A stretch of 64,000 bases of DNA from a virus (lineage: Duplodnaviria; Caudoviricetes). The notes beneath the pieces were generated by a model. It made no database searches. It saw nothing but the letters and a program-made list of their open reading frames with translations, and was not told where the DNA came from. The stretch is from positions 1,012 to 65,011 of the IMG/VR virus record IMGVR_UViG_644736323_000003; one strand, 5' to 3'. Made by a program: the position numbers and the translations under genes. Every line of letters starts with the position of its first letter. The stretch's first letter is position 1. Positions 53,879 through 63,657 of this stretch are shown here, one piece after another.

Positions 53879-55324
53879 GTGCCCACACCGCTCCTGCACC
53901 CCTCGTGGTCCGTGGACGGCTGGATGGCCAACGGCCGCGACGACGACGGCACCGAGTGGATCGTCGAGCGGGACGACGGCTGGTGGCGGGCGCCAGGCGT
54001 GCGCGGCCAGAGCAGCGACCGCGTGGGCTACCACGGGGCGTACTCCGACGTGCAGCAGTGGGCGACGCCGCGGGTGGTCACGCTGGCCGGGTGGTGCCAG
54101 GCCCGGACGGAGGAGGCCGCCGATCGGGCCGTCGACCGGTTCGGCGCGCTGTTGCGCAGCGGGGCGCGTGAACTGGTGGTCACCGAGCCGGTGCGCACGA
54201 AGCGGTCGTTGGTGCGGCGGGAGGCCGACCCGCAGCTTGTGCGTACCGGGCCCCGCCAGTTCGACTGGCAGATCGTGCTGGTCGCGGATGACCCGATCCG
54301 GTACGGGGACCCGGTGCTGGCCTCGACCGGGCTGCCGATGCCCGGCGGAGGGCTGGATTGGGAGGCGGGGCTCGGCGCGGTGATGCGCACGAACCTCGCG
54401 CGGAACACCGTCGGCGTGGCGAGCAGCGTGCCGTGGACGGCCTACAACGCGGGCTCCGCGGTCACCTCCGAGGTGTACTCCACCGTCATCCCCGGCCTGG
54501 ACGCGCGTCGTGCGCTCGCCCGCGCCACTTGCACCACGGCGGGCACGATCGGGCTGCGCCAGCCGGTGCTGCGGGTGGTGGGCGGGCAGCAGTACTCGGC
54601 TGCGCTGTGGGCGCGGTGCACGGCCGCCAGGTCGGCGCAGCTGGAGATGCGGTGGACCGACAGCGCGGGCGGGTTCGTGAGCAGCACGGCCAGCGCGCCG
54701 GTCGCGCTGGCGGCGGGGACGTGGACACGGCTGGAGCTGACCGCGCTGGCGCCCGGCACCGCGACCGGGCTGCTCGTGTGCCCGCTCGCGCTGTCCGCCG
54801 CGCCGGGCGACCTGCTCGACGCGACCGCGCTGCTGGTCGAGCGCGGCGCCACCCTGGGCGGCTACTTCGACGGCTCCAGCGCGGGCGGCTACTGGTCGGG
54901 GGAACCGTGGGGGTCCGTTTCCCACGACGCGCCGGTCGGCCTGGACTGGGAGAGCGGCGGCGGCCTGGACTGGGGCACCCCCGCCAGCAACGGCTCCATG
55001 GCTTTGATCAACATGGGGACGGCCGAGGTGTGGCCGGTATACACGATCACCGGGCCCGCCACCCAACCCCGGCTCTACCTGCCCTCCACCGGCGAGACCC
55101 TGCTCTACAGCGGCACGCTCGCCGCCGCGGACACGCTCGTCATCGACAGCCATCCGCATCGGCAGTCCGCGTGGCTCAACGGCGTCGCGGAGCGGTTCCT
55201 GCTCCAGGCCGACTGGTGGGCGGTCCCGCCCACGAGCACCGCGACCACGGTGGCGTTCGCGTCCGAGGACACCGGGCCGACCGCCGCCACCGCCACCGCC
55301 TCCGTCAGCCCCGGCTGGTGGTGA
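53879..55324 (+). CDS. Distal tail (Dit-like) protein with inserted carbohydrate-binding-like domain
   Basis: PRVVTLAG...ADDPIRYG; insertion with GGYFDGS; C-terminal INMGTAEVWP. Confidence 0.75.
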   Translation: MPTPLLHPSWSVDGWMANGRDDDGTEWIVERDDGWWRAPGVRGQSSDRVGYHGAYSDVQQWATPRVVTLAGWCQARTEEAADRAVDRFGALLRSGARELVVTEPVRTKRSLVRREADPQLVRTGPRQFDWQIVLVADDPIRYGDPVLASTGLPMPGGGLDWEAGLGAVMRTNLARNTVGVASSVPWTAYNAGSAVTSEVYSTVIPGLDARRALARATCTTAGTIGLRQPVLRVVGGQQYSAALWARCTAARSAQLEMRWTDSAGGFVSSTASAPVALAAGTWTRLELTALAPGTATGLLVCPLALSAAPGDLLDATALLVERGATLGGYFDGSSAGGYWSGEPWGSVSHDAPVGLDWESGGGLDWGTPASNGSMALINMGTAEVWPVYTITGPATQPRLYLPSTGETLLYSGTLAAADTLVIDSHPHRQSAWLNGVAERFLLQADWWAVPPTSTATTVAFASEDTGPTAATATASVSPGWW

Positions 55325-55373
55325 CCCTCACCCTGCGGCCACCCGGCTGGCCCGAGCCTCCTGGAGGTGGATC

Positions 55374-56504
55374 GTGCCGACCGGCGCCGACATGACCAGC
55401 GTGTGGAGCCTGCAGCTCCGCAACCCCGCCCGCGTCGGGCGGATGCACGACGCGGCCTTCCTGTACCCCGGGCCCGGTGGTCCGCTGGCGCACCGGGACG
55501 GCGTGCTGCCGTCCGCCACCGACGAGATCGGCGTCGTCACCGACCTGAGGATCGTCCCCGCCACCACCCCGTCGCGGGAGGTGTGGGTGCTGCCGGGCCA
55601 GTGCGTGATCACCGCGCCCGGAACCGGGCCCTACCTGTGCACGCTGGAGAGCGCCGTTCCGCTCATGGTGGATCCCGCGCACGCGACGCTGCCCAGGCTG
55701 GACGCGGTCGTCGCGCGGGTCCGGGACGACGCGGTTTCCGGCGGCGGGATCAGCAAGGGCGACCTGATCCCGATCACGGGCACCCCCGCGTCCACGCCGA
55801 CCGCGCCCGCCACCCCGGCGGGCTGCACGAAGATCGGCCACGCGCTCGTCCCGAGCCTGGCCACCATGCCCGTCACCGCGCTCGGCACTGCGCAGCTCTC
55901 GCCGCAGCGGAAGGGCGCCGCCGTGCGCGGGACGCCGCGCCACCTGCTGGAGGCCGACGACCCGAACGAGGCGGGCCCGCTGATCGGCGCGGAGCGGATC
56001 TACAGCCGGGTCAGGCAGGTGTGGACCGGCCTGGCCTGGGAGACGGTCTACCGGATCGGCGACGTGCGGCCGACGCTGTACGCCGACCTGCGCCGCGACG
56101 ACGGCCAGATGATCGTCAACGGCACCGGCGCGTACACCAACCTCGGGATTTTCAACCCCGTGACCACCGGCGGCGGGTGGACGACGAACTACGTCGCGAG
56201 GGGGGCGAGCCACCCGCGCGACGGCCTGTGGATGCTTGACATGACGCTGGCCTCCGATGTCGCCAGCGCGCGGTACACCGATGCCTTCTACACGCAGGTC
56301 ACCAACGCGGGGAGCGTGACTCTGCCGTTCCCCGCCAAGGACGTCGCGGCGACCGGCTTCGGCGGGACCGGCGGCACGCACCTGCTCCGGGTGCCGCGCG
56401 GCGAGCCGTTGAGGGTCTACTTCGACGCCTACAAGAACAACGCGCCGAACGCGACCATCCTCGCCGGGTCCTACGCGCGGCTGACCTGGCTGGGCGAGCC
56501 GTGA
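55374..56504 (+). CDS. Minor tail / baseplate protein
   Basis: GPYLCT...PAHATLPRLDAVV. Confidence 0.65.
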   Translation: MPTGADMTSVWSLQLRNPARVGRMHDAAFLYPGPGGPLAHRDGVLPSATDEIGVVTDLRIVPATTPSREVWVLPGQCVITAPGTGPYLCTLESAVPLMVDPAHATLPRLDAVVARVRDDAVSGGGISKGDLIPITGTPASTPTAPATPAGCTKIGHALVPSLATMPVTALGTAQLSPQRKGAAVRGTPRHLLEADDPNEAGPLIGAERIYSRVRQVWTGLAWETVYRIGDVRPTLYADLRRDDGQMIVNGTGAYTNLGIFNPVTTGGGWTTNYVARGASHPRDGLWMLDMTLASDVASARYTDAFYTQVTNAGSVTLPFPAKDVAATGFGGTGGTHLLRVPRGEPLRVYFDAYKNNAPNATILAGSYARLTWLGEP

Positions 56505-57640
56505 GGCAGCTGTGGCGCTGCCTGCTGGCGGACACGGTGACCGGCCGGATCATCGGCACCGCGCCCTACGAGGGCACGCCCGGCTGGCAGTATGGGGTGA
56601 ACCTGGGCGGTCAGGTGCAGATCACCGTTCCGGCCCGCAAGGTCGACCGGCTTCCGGCCGACCTGCACGCGATGTTCGAGCCGTGGCGGGTCACGCTGGC
56701 CATGGTCTACGGCCGGTTTGTGGTGCAGGCCGGGCCGATCATGACGTACCGGTGGGACGACGACGCCGGGGCATTGACCGTCGGCGCGGGCGGCCTGTGG
56801 GCGGTGCTGAACAGGCGCGTCCTCAAGAGCAGCCACCAGGGGTCGATCACGGAAGCGGAGGCCGACGTCGTGCTGGCCGGGCTGTCGCTGGGCACCATCG
56901 CCAAGCGACTCGTCCAGCACGCGGAGACCTCCGACGCGTACGGCGGGCTGCCGATCGCCTACCCCGACGACGTCACCGGCGCGCACGAGCGCACCTACTA
57001 CGGCTACGACCTGGCGATGGTCGGCGAACGGCTGACCCAGCTCACCCAGGTCGATCAGGGGCCCGACGTCGAGCTCCGGCCCCGGTTCGCCACCGCCCCC
57101 GGCTTCCTCGAGTGGGAGATGCGGATCGGCGCGCCGATGCTCGGCGTCAGCATGCCGCAGCAGAGCGTCAGGTACGGGGCCGGGCTGCGGCGGCTCGACG
57201 TCGACGGCGACGCCTCCGAGCAGGCCAGCGACGTCCGCACCCCCGGCCAGGGCATGGAGCGCGCGCTCCCGGTGGGGCGGGCGACCGACTCAACGCTGCA
57301 GCAGGTCGGGCACCCGGCGCTGCACTCCGTCGACCGCGGGCACACCTCGGTCACCGAGACCCCCACGCTGGACGGGCACGCGGCGGCGACGATCGCGCTG
57401 CGCGGACGCCCGGTGGAGACGTGGACCGGGATCATGCGCGCGGACGGGGCGCTGCCCGGCTCGGAACGGCGCGGTGTCGGGCTCGGCGCGTTCGCCGCGG
57501 GCGACGTGCTCCAGATCGGGGTCCAGCGGCACGGGTGGATCCCGACCGGGCAGTACCCGCGGCGCGCGATCACCGTCTCGTCGACCGGCAGTCCGGACGA
57601 GATCCAGGTGCAGTTCGCACCAGCGCTGGGGGTGACCTGA
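56501..57640 (+). CDS. Minor tail protein (hub-like)
   Basis: RERLTQLTQVDQGPDVELRP-type segment; tail module position. Confidence 0.7.
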   Translation: MRQLWRCLLADTVTGRIIGTAPYEGTPGWQYGVNLGGQVQITVPARKVDRLPADLHAMFEPWRVTLAMVYGRFVVQAGPIMTYRWDDDAGALTVGAGGLWAVLNRRVLKSSHQGSITEAEADVVLAGLSLGTIAKRLVQHAETSDAYGGLPIAYPDDVTGAHERTYYGYDLAMVGERLTQLTQVDQGPDVELRPRFATAPGFLEWEMRIGAPMLGVSMPQQSVRYGAGLRRLDVDGDASEQASDVRTPGQGMERALPVGRATDSTLQQVGHPALHSVDRGHTSVTETPTLDGHAAATIALRGRPVETWTGIMRADGALPGSERRGVGLGAFAAGDVLQIGVQRHGWIPTGQYPRRAITVSSTGSPDEIQVQFAPALGVT

Positions 57641-58350
57641 TGCTGACGCCCCCGTCGAACGACGACCTGCAACGGCAACTCGACCAGCTGAAGGCCCAGC
57701 TCGACGAGCTGTCACGCCGGAACCTCAGCTCCGCGCGCATCTCCAGCGGTGGACTTGTGGTTGCTGACGGCGCCGAGTTCTCCGTGCTGCACGAGGACTC
57801 ACAGATTTGGCTGCTGCACGTCGGTCGTGGTGCCGGTGATAGGTACTTCCTGACGATCCGCAGGGACGACGGCAGCGTCGCCTACGAGATCACCACCACG
57901 CCCGGCGGGGACCAGTACTGGACGATGTGGGACCGCGCGGGCAACGTCGTCGTCGCCGACGACGCCGCTGGCACAGGGCTAGCGCGGCCGTGGATTCCGA
58001 TGCCGACCACGACGGTGCTGGCGGAGTCCCTGCCGACCACCGCGAGCGCGGCGTGGATCTCCTTGCAGAGCACGGGGTGGGTGATCAGGCAGCAGGCGTA
58101 CTCGGCGCTGCAGGCGCTGCTGCTGTCGACCGGCGGTGCGGTGGGTGAGGCCCGCTACACGATCAACGGCGCGCAGGTCGGCGCGGTGATGCCGATCGCG
58201 GCGAACGACTTCGCGTGGCAGTCGATCCGGACCGCTGCTCTGCCCGGCACCCAGAACTCGTACCTGCGTGTCGAGCTGCAGGTGCGGCGCACGAACAGCG
58301 CGGGCGCGCTGGGCGGAGTCCTGATCGCCACCCAGCGCGCCACACCGTGA
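57640..58350 (+). CDS. Minor tail protein
   Basis: N-terminal coiled coil LQRQLDQLKAQLDEL; beta-rich body. Confidence 0.65.
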   Translation: MLTPPSNDDLQRQLDQLKAQLDELSRRNLSSARISSGGLVVADGAEFSVLHEDSQIWLLHVGRGAGDRYFLTIRRDDGSVAYEITTTPGGDQYWTMWDRAGNVVVADDAAGTGLARPWIPMPTTTVLAESLPTTASAAWISLQSTGWVIRQQAYSALQALLLSTGGAVGEARYTINGAQVGAVMPIAANDFAWQSIRTAALPGTQNSYLRVELQVRRTNSAGALGGVLIATQRATP

Positions 58351-58776
58351 TCAGCCCTTCGGGGTAGGCCCCGGCTCGGGCGTGACCCACGGCGGGTTGC
58401 CCTCGTCCGGCGGCGGCAGGTCGGGGGCCGGCACGCGCGGCGGCTCGGGGTCCGGGTTCGGCGCGGGCGTGGTCGGGTCGTCCGCCTGCGGGGCAGGTGC
58501 CTGCTGGACCTGCGGCTGTTGCACTTCGGGCTGGGCTTCGGTCACCGGGCCAGTATCACCGCGCTGCTGCGGTGCGGGAGCCACGACGGACACCGCCTCG
58601 GACGGCACGCTGCTCGCGCTGGCCGCGCTGCTGGCCGTCGACACCACGAGCGCCGGAGGCGTCGAAGGGGACGTCGTCCCCGGTTCACCTCCTGCCGCCA
58701 TGGCCACCGCGACCCCCACGCTCGCGAGCGCGACGGCTGCGCCGCCCGCCGCCAGTAACGCCGGTCTCCGCCTCAT
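58351..58776 (-). CDS. Antisense membrane-anchored Pro-rich protein (moron)
   Basis: GGAGG RBS; MRRRP plus hydrophobic helix, then Ser/Pro/Gln-rich tail. Confidence 0.6.
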   Translation of the reverse strand: MRRRPALLAAGGAAVALASVGVAVAMAAGGEPGTTSPSTPPALVVSTASSAASASSVPSEAVSVVAPAPQQRGDTGPVTEAQPEVQQPQVQQAPAPQADDPTTPAPNPDPEPPRVPAPDLPPPDEGNPPWVTPEPGPTPKG

Positions 58777-58862
58777 CCCTACCTCCAGCTCGAACTACGT
58801 CTCCCATCCCCATCGTGATGCGCACCGTGGGCGCTACACCACGGACACCGAACGGGGGTCTG

Positions 58863-59120
58863 ATGCGGCTGCCCAGAGCACTGTGGATCGCCCTCACCGT
58901 GCTGATCACCCTCGCCTGGACGGTGAACGTCGCGGTCGGCTTCGTGTGGCCCGACCGCATCCAGCCCGGCGTGAACCTCGTGTTCGGCGCGGTCGTCGGC
59001 AGCCTCTATCTCCCAGCCGTCAAGCCGACCGCACGACGCGTCCGGCAGCGGATGGGCAGGGCCATCGCAGGAGAGCAGAACCAGGACGACGAACCCGCCA
59101 CCGGAAACGAGGACGCATGA
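58863..59120 (+). CDS. Two-TM membrane protein (holin-like)
   Basis: Two hydrophobic helices; start of the lysis region. Confidence 0.55.
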   Translation: MRLPRALWIALTVLITLAWTVNVAVGFVWPDRIQPGVNLVFGAVVGSLYLPAVKPTARRVRQRMGRAIAGEQNQDDEPATGNEDA

Positions 59121-59497
59121 CCACGCCAGAGCAGACCCGGAAGCGCTGGACGTTCCAGCACGTGATCACGCTGGTCGTGGCCGTGCTGGTCGTGGCCTCC
59201 GTGGTGCAGGCCGTCACGTTCTACCAGCGCACCGAGCGCATCGTCGGCTGCCAGCAGGGCTACCAGCGCGGGTTCGCCGCCGCGCTGGACGCGCGCACCC
59301 AGGTCTCCGCCGAGGCGCAGCTCGCGCTCGACGAGGTGATGCGCGTCGTGAGCGTGTCGTTCAGCGCCGACGGTGCGCTCGCGCAGCGCGAGCAGGTCCG
59401 GGCCGCGATCAACGACTACCTCACCAAGCGCGAGCAGGCCCGCGAGACCCAGCGCCAGAACCCGTACCCCGCCGCGCCGGAGGAGCTGTGCCGATGA
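59117..59497 (+). CDS. Single-TM lysis-cassette protein
   Basis: TM helix then periplasmic helical domain with two Cys. Confidence 0.55.
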   Translation: MTTPEQTRKRWTFQHVITLVVAVLVVASVVQAVTFYQRTERIVGCQQGYQRGFAAALDARTQVSAEAQLALDEVMRVVSVSFSADGALAQREQVRAAINDYLTKREQARETQRQNPYPAAPEELCR

Positions 59498-60501
59498 TCT
59501 ACGGGGTCGACGCCTCCAACCACCAGCCGCACTTCGACTTCGCCGCCGCACGCCGCGACGGCATCGACTTCGCGTTCCTCAAGGCCTCCGAGGGCACCAC
59601 CTTTCGGGACCCGAACTTCGCCCGGCACCTGGCCGCCGCGCGCGCGGCCGGGATGCTCACCGCCGCCTACCACTACGTGCGCGGCGACGACGTGCGCGGG
59701 CAGCTCGCCATCATTCGCTCGGCCGTCGACACCCACACCCCGGTGATCCTGGACGTCGAGGACGGCGCCGGGCCACTGGCTTCGATCCGCGAACTGTCCG
59801 CCGCGCTGGTCGCCGCCGGGTACCGGACCCCGCTGATCTACCTGCCGCAGTGGTACTGGTCGGGCCGCATGGGCTCGCCGGACCTGTCGGGACTGCCCCC
59901 GCTGTGGCACTCGCGGTACCCGGACAACGTGGTGCGCCGCAAGGAGCAGTTCGCGCTCGGCGACGAGTACTGGCCCAGCTTCGGCGGGCTGCGCACCGAG
60001 ATCGCCCAGTTCACCTCGTCGCTCGCCGTCGCGAACTACCCGAGCGGGCGGATCGACGGCAACGCCTACCGCGGCTCGCGTGAAGAGCTGGCCGCGCTGC
60101 TGGAAGGAGAAGTCGTGCCCAGTGCGCAGGAGATCGCCAAGGCGGTGATCGCCGAGCTCAAGTCTGCGACCGCCGCCGACACCAACGGCGACGGCAAGCC
60201 CGACCGCGACCTCGTCGACCAGGTCAAGCAGAGCCTGTGGAACTCGGGCGACGCTCTGGCCGTGGTGCTCCGGCTGGAGACCAAGGTCGACGCCGCCCGC
60301 GGCGAGCTGTCCGACTTCGAGTCCGGGGTGCTGGCCGCGATGCGCCAGGACAACGCCACCATCTCCGCCGCCGTCCGCGAGCAGGTGGCCGCCAGCGTGG
60401 CCGCGACGCTGCCGCGCTCGGTGCTGGAGACCGCCTTGATCCTGCTCGACCGGCAGCGGCAGGACGCCGCCCCGGCGACCGACACGGAGGTGCAGGGATG
60501 A
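59494..60501 (+). CDS. Endolysin, GH25 muramidase
   Basis: GVDASNHQ, FAFLKASEG, AYHY, LDVED, DGNAY. Confidence 0.92.
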   Translation: MIYGVDASNHQPHFDFAAARRDGIDFAFLKASEGTTFRDPNFARHLAAARAAGMLTAAYHYVRGDDVRGQLAIIRSAVDTHTPVILDVEDGAGPLASIRELSAALVAAGYRTPLIYLPQWYWSGRMGSPDLSGLPPLWHSRYPDNVVRRKEQFALGDEYWPSFGGLRTEIAQFTSSLAVANYPSGRIDGNAYRGSREELAALLEGEVVPSAQEIAKAVIAELKSATAADTNGDGKPDRDLVDQVKQSLWNSGDALAVVLRLETKVDAARGELSDFESGVLAAMRQDNATISAAVREQVAASVAATLPRSVLETALILLDRQRQDAAPATDTEVQG

Positions 60502-61556
60502 GCAGCATCCTGGACGGGCTGAAGGTCAACGTCTACGGGAACAGCATTGCCGCCTGGGACGACCCGTGGGGCTGGGTGCCCCGGATGCGGGCCGACCACA
60601 ACTGGCAGCTGACCTGGGGCGCGGAGTGGTCGTCGCGGGCGGTGGATGCGGTCGGGCAGGCCACCGCCGTCGCGTCGCCGCACCGGATCGACCACAGCCG
60701 CAAGCCCCACGTGGTGATCGTTGACGCGGTCGCGAACGACGCCTACGGCCTCGGCGCGGGCAACCTGCCCGCGTTCACCACCGCGGTGCGGTCGCTGGCC
60801 ACGTACGCCCTGCTGGAAGGCGTCATGAACGTCGTCGACTGTGGGTTCCCTGCCGCGTCGTGGACGTTCAACCAGGGCGAGGACTTCATCGCCGGGCGAA
60901 ACGTCACCGCTGCGGCGGGAACCGAGCACCAGCTGCCCGGCTTCAACCGGGCCGGGAAGTGGGCGTTCTTTTACTACGGCCTGGCCGGTGGGAACTCCGG
61001 CTGGCAGGGCGGTTCGTGGAGCCTGGCGCGCGACGGCGTCCCGCTGGGCACCTACTCCTGCCACAACCGCACCCACAACCCGTCCACTTCGGACAGGATG
61101 TTCGGGTACGGGTCGGGCGGGCAGCGCGTGCGGCGCCAGTGGGTGCTGTGCAGCGAGGTCGTCGACGTGCCCGCCACGGCGCAGTTCACGGTGAAGGCGG
61201 GCCCTGGCGGCGGGAACCCGTACTTCGCTGGCTACGGGAAGCTCAACGAAGCGCAGGGGTCGACGTCCCGGCAGTCGCCGCTTGTCGTCCTGGTCGAGCC
61301 CGCCTACGGCTACGACGCCGCTACGAACAGCGTGCTCGACTCCTACGCCGACGCGCTGCACCAGATCGCCGCGTCCCTGCCCAACGTCGTCGTCGCCCGC
61401 ACCCGCAACGGCTGGGACACCGACCGCATGGCCCGCGTCGGCGACTTCCTGCACCCGAACGCGGTCGGCTGCCGCCACTACCAGGACGCCATCGAGGCCG
61501 CCGTGAACGGCGCCCACGCGGGCGGCTGGATCCCCAACACCCACCTCCCGGTCTAG
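60498..61556 (+). CDS. SGNH/GDSL-like hydrolase in the lysis cassette
   Basis: VYGNSIA, DAVAND, DFLHPNAVG. Confidence 0.7.
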   Translation: MSSILDGLKVNVYGNSIAAWDDPWGWVPRMRADHNWQLTWGAEWSSRAVDAVGQATAVASPHRIDHSRKPHVVIVDAVANDAYGLGAGNLPAFTTAVRSLATYALLEGVMNVVDCGFPAASWTFNQGEDFIAGRNVTAAAGTEHQLPGFNRAGKWAFFYYGLAGGNSGWQGGSWSLARDGVPLGTYSCHNRTHNPSTSDRMFGYGSGGQRVRRQWVLCSEVVDVPATAQFTVKAGPGGGNPYFAGYGKLNEAQGSTSRQSPLVVLVEPAYGYDAATNSVLDSYADALHQIAASLPNVVVARTRNGWDTDRMARVGDFLHPNAVGCRHYQDAIEAAVNGAHAGGWIPNTHLPV

Positions 61557-61568
61557 GAGAACACCGTC

Positions 61569-61961
61569 GTGAAGGTCTTCGGCCGCGAGCCCGCGTACTG
61601 GCTCGCCCTCGTCTCCAGCGTGGTTGCGTTCGTGTCGGCCGCCGTGCTGCCGCTGAGCGTCGAGCAGCAGGGCGTGCTCAACGCCGCCGCCGCCGCGTTG
61701 TTCGGCGTGCTCACCGCGTGGACGCTCGCCGGGGAACGGCTCGTCGCCGCGCTGGTCGGCCTCGGCAAGGCACTGGTCGCCGCGGGGTTGGCGTTCGGCT
61801 TGGCGCTGGCGCCCGAGGTGCAGTCCACGCTGATGGTGCTCGTCGAGCTCGTGCTGACCGGGCTGCTCGTGCGGCCCGCCGTGATCGCCCCCGTCCCCTC
61901 CAGCACCGTCCCGCCGGGCGTCGTCGAGCTCCTCGACCGCCCTCGCACCCTGAAGGAGTAG
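61569..61961 (+). CDS. Holin-like protein
   Basis: VFGREPA start; four TM helices. Confidence 0.7.
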   Translation: MKVFGREPAYWLALVSSVVAFVSAAVLPLSVEQQGVLNAAAAALFGVLTAWTLAGERLVAALVGLGKALVAAGLAFGLALAPEVQSTLMVLVELVLTGLLVRPAVIAPVPSSTVPPGVVELLDRPRTLKE

Positions 61962-61964
61962 ATC

Positions 61965-62198
61965 GTGGAGAACCAGCACCAGAAGATCACCGGCTACCGC
62001 GACCTCGACCAGAACGAGATCGACGTGATGAACGCGGTGAAGGAGGTCGAGAAGGAGTTCGCCGCGCTGTGGCGTCGGCTGGGCAACCTGCCCGACGTCG
62101 ACCGCCGCTGGCTCGCCGTCGCCCGCACCCACGTCGAGGAGGGCTGCTCGGCGGCGGCCCGCGCGGTCGCTCGCCCGGACTCGCCGTTCGACGCCTGA
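61965..62198 (+). CDS. acb2: Acb2/Tad1-family nucleotide sponge (anti-CBASS protein 2-like)
   Basis: MENQHQKITGYRDL.Q.EID.MN.VKE...RWLAVART...RAVARPDS follows the Acb2 pattern as recalled. Confidence 0.85.
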   Translation: MENQHQKITGYRDLDQNEIDVMNAVKEVEKEFAALWRRLGNLPDVDRRWLAVARTHVEEGCSAAARAVARPDSPFDA

Positions 62199-62214
62199 TC
62201 TCGCACAGCACAGT

Positions 62215-62246
62215 GCCCCCGCTCCGGCTTCGGCCGGGCGGGGGCG
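62215..62246. terminator. Bidirectional terminator between late operon and integrase
   Basis: GCCCCCGCTCCGGC-TTCG-GCCGGGCGGGGGC followed by a T-rich stretch. Confidence 0.75.
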
Positions 62247-62257
62247 CTTTCGTCGTC

Positions 62258-63490
62258 TCAGATCTGTCGCGCGCTCGGCATCGCTTTGGGTGCGGCGGGG
62301 GCAAGCAGTTTGTCGAGCGACAGGGCAAGCGCGGGGCTGGCGGTGACACGGCTCATGTAGACGTCCTGAGTCGTGGACGGGCGCGAGTGGCGGAGCTGCC
62401 CGGCGACTTCGCGCGCGGTGTGTCCGGCTGCATCTAGGGCGGTGGCGACGGTGCGGCGCCCGACGCGCAGGGTGAAGTCGCGGTACCCGATCCGGTCACG
62501 CAGCAGCCGAACGGTGCGCTGCACGTTCGATGGACCTCGCCATCCCCCGGTCGCCGACGGAAAAACCGGGGTCTCCGGTCGCGCCACGGCGGGCCGACGC
62601 TCCACCAGCATCTCCCAGAGCACGTCCGGTAGGGCGAGCACACCGACCGACGTGGCGGTTTTTCCCTCATGGCGCACCACGCCTTGGCCGGTGACGTGGA
62701 CGAGGTTCCCGTTGATCCAAGCGCTGTGCGCCGGAACGGTTTCCTGGCTGCCGTCGGCGAGCACGAGCCGAACGGGAACGTCACCGAGGTTCAGGTCACC
62801 CCAACGGATCGCAAGCACTTCACCGAAACGTGCACCCGTACCGAAGAGGACCCGCAGGAAATCTGGCATGTCGGCGCGTCGTGCGCGCGTGTCTCCGTCC
62901 ACACGTGCGAGAAAGTCGGTGAGCTGCGCAGAGTCGAAGGAGGCCTTCTTCCGGTTCCGTCGACTGGAGGCAAGACGGGCCATGTGGCGTACCGAGTTTT
63001 GGTGGACGACCTCTAGATCCACTGCCTCCTGCAGGACCCCTGATATGACCGTCCGTATACCCTGGATGGTCGCCGTCGCCATCCCTCGGTGTCGCAGCGC
63101 CTCCAAGACGCGCTTGATGCGCGCCGGTGTGCACTCCTGGATGTAGAGGTTTCCCATCGCGGGCAGGATGTGCTTGTCGAGGCGGCCTCGGTAGCGGTCG
63201 TAGGTGGTGCCGACGTTGTCCCGCTTGATGCGGTCGATCCACATCTGGGCTACTGCCGCGAACCTCACCCTCGCCTCGGCGCTGCGCGACACACCGGAAC
63301 TGCTCAGCGCCTCGCCCAGGGCTTTTTTCAGAGAGCTGATCGCTTTCCGCTCCGTGGGTCCGAAGCGGTGGAGAGGTCGGGTGACGCCGTCGCTACCTCG
63401 GTAGCGGGCGTGGGCGCGCCAGGATCCGTTGGCCTGCTGCTTGCAGGAGATGTCACCGTACGTGCCGATTTCGAGAGATGGCCTGGCCAC
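62258..63490 (-). CDS. int: Tyrosine recombinase / integrase
   Basis: GTGARFGEVLAIRW; RVGRRTVAT; QLRHS..STTQDVY. Confidence 0.93.
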   Translation of the reverse strand: MARPSLEIGTYGDISCKQQANGSWRAHARYRGSDGVTRPLHRFGPTERKAISSLKKALGEALSSSGVSRSAEARVRFAAVAQMWIDRIKRDNVGTTYDRYRGRLDKHILPAMGNLYIQECTPARIKRVLEALRHRGMATATIQGIRTVISGVLQEAVDLEVVHQNSVRHMARLASSRRNRKKASFDSAQLTDFLARVDGDTRARRADMPDFLRVLFGTGARFGEVLAIRWGDLNLGDVPVRLVLADGSQETVPAHSAWINGNLVHVTGQGVVRHEGKTATSVGVLALPDVLWEMLVERRPAVARPETPVFPSATGGWRGPSNVQRTVRLLRDRIGYRDFTLRVGRRTVATALDAAGHTAREVAGQLRHSRPSTTQDVYMSRVTASPALALSLDKLLAPAAPKAMPSARQI

Positions 63491-63580
63491 AGGTCCTCCG
63501 CATAGCGTGACGTTGCCGTGACGGGCGTCTACGGTATGCCGTCGGAGGAGTACGCTCTACCGCATCTGACCTGCGGTTTT

Positions 63581-63657
63581 TGGTGCCCCCGGTGCGACTC
63601 GAACGCACACTGGACGGATTTTGAGTCCGCTGCCTCTGCCGATTGGGCTACGGGGGC
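63581..63657 (-). tRNA. tRNA-Leu(CAA), integration target (att junction in its 3' part)
   Basis: GCCCCCG/CGGGGGC acceptor stem, anticodon loop CTCAAAA, GTTCGAGTC T-loop, CCA end facing the prophage. Confidence 0.95.

Larger units (their letters stand above)
1..63600. mobile_element. Temperate siphovirus-like prophage (left end lies upstream of the window)
   Basis: Colinear terminase, portal, scaffold, capsid, tail, tape measure and lysis genes; tyrosine integrase next to the 3' end of a tRNA gene; host csoR beyond it. Confidence 0.95.

Noticed and set aside
63581-63657. tRNA-Leu as bldA
   Set aside because: Anticodon is CAA (reads TTG), not UAA
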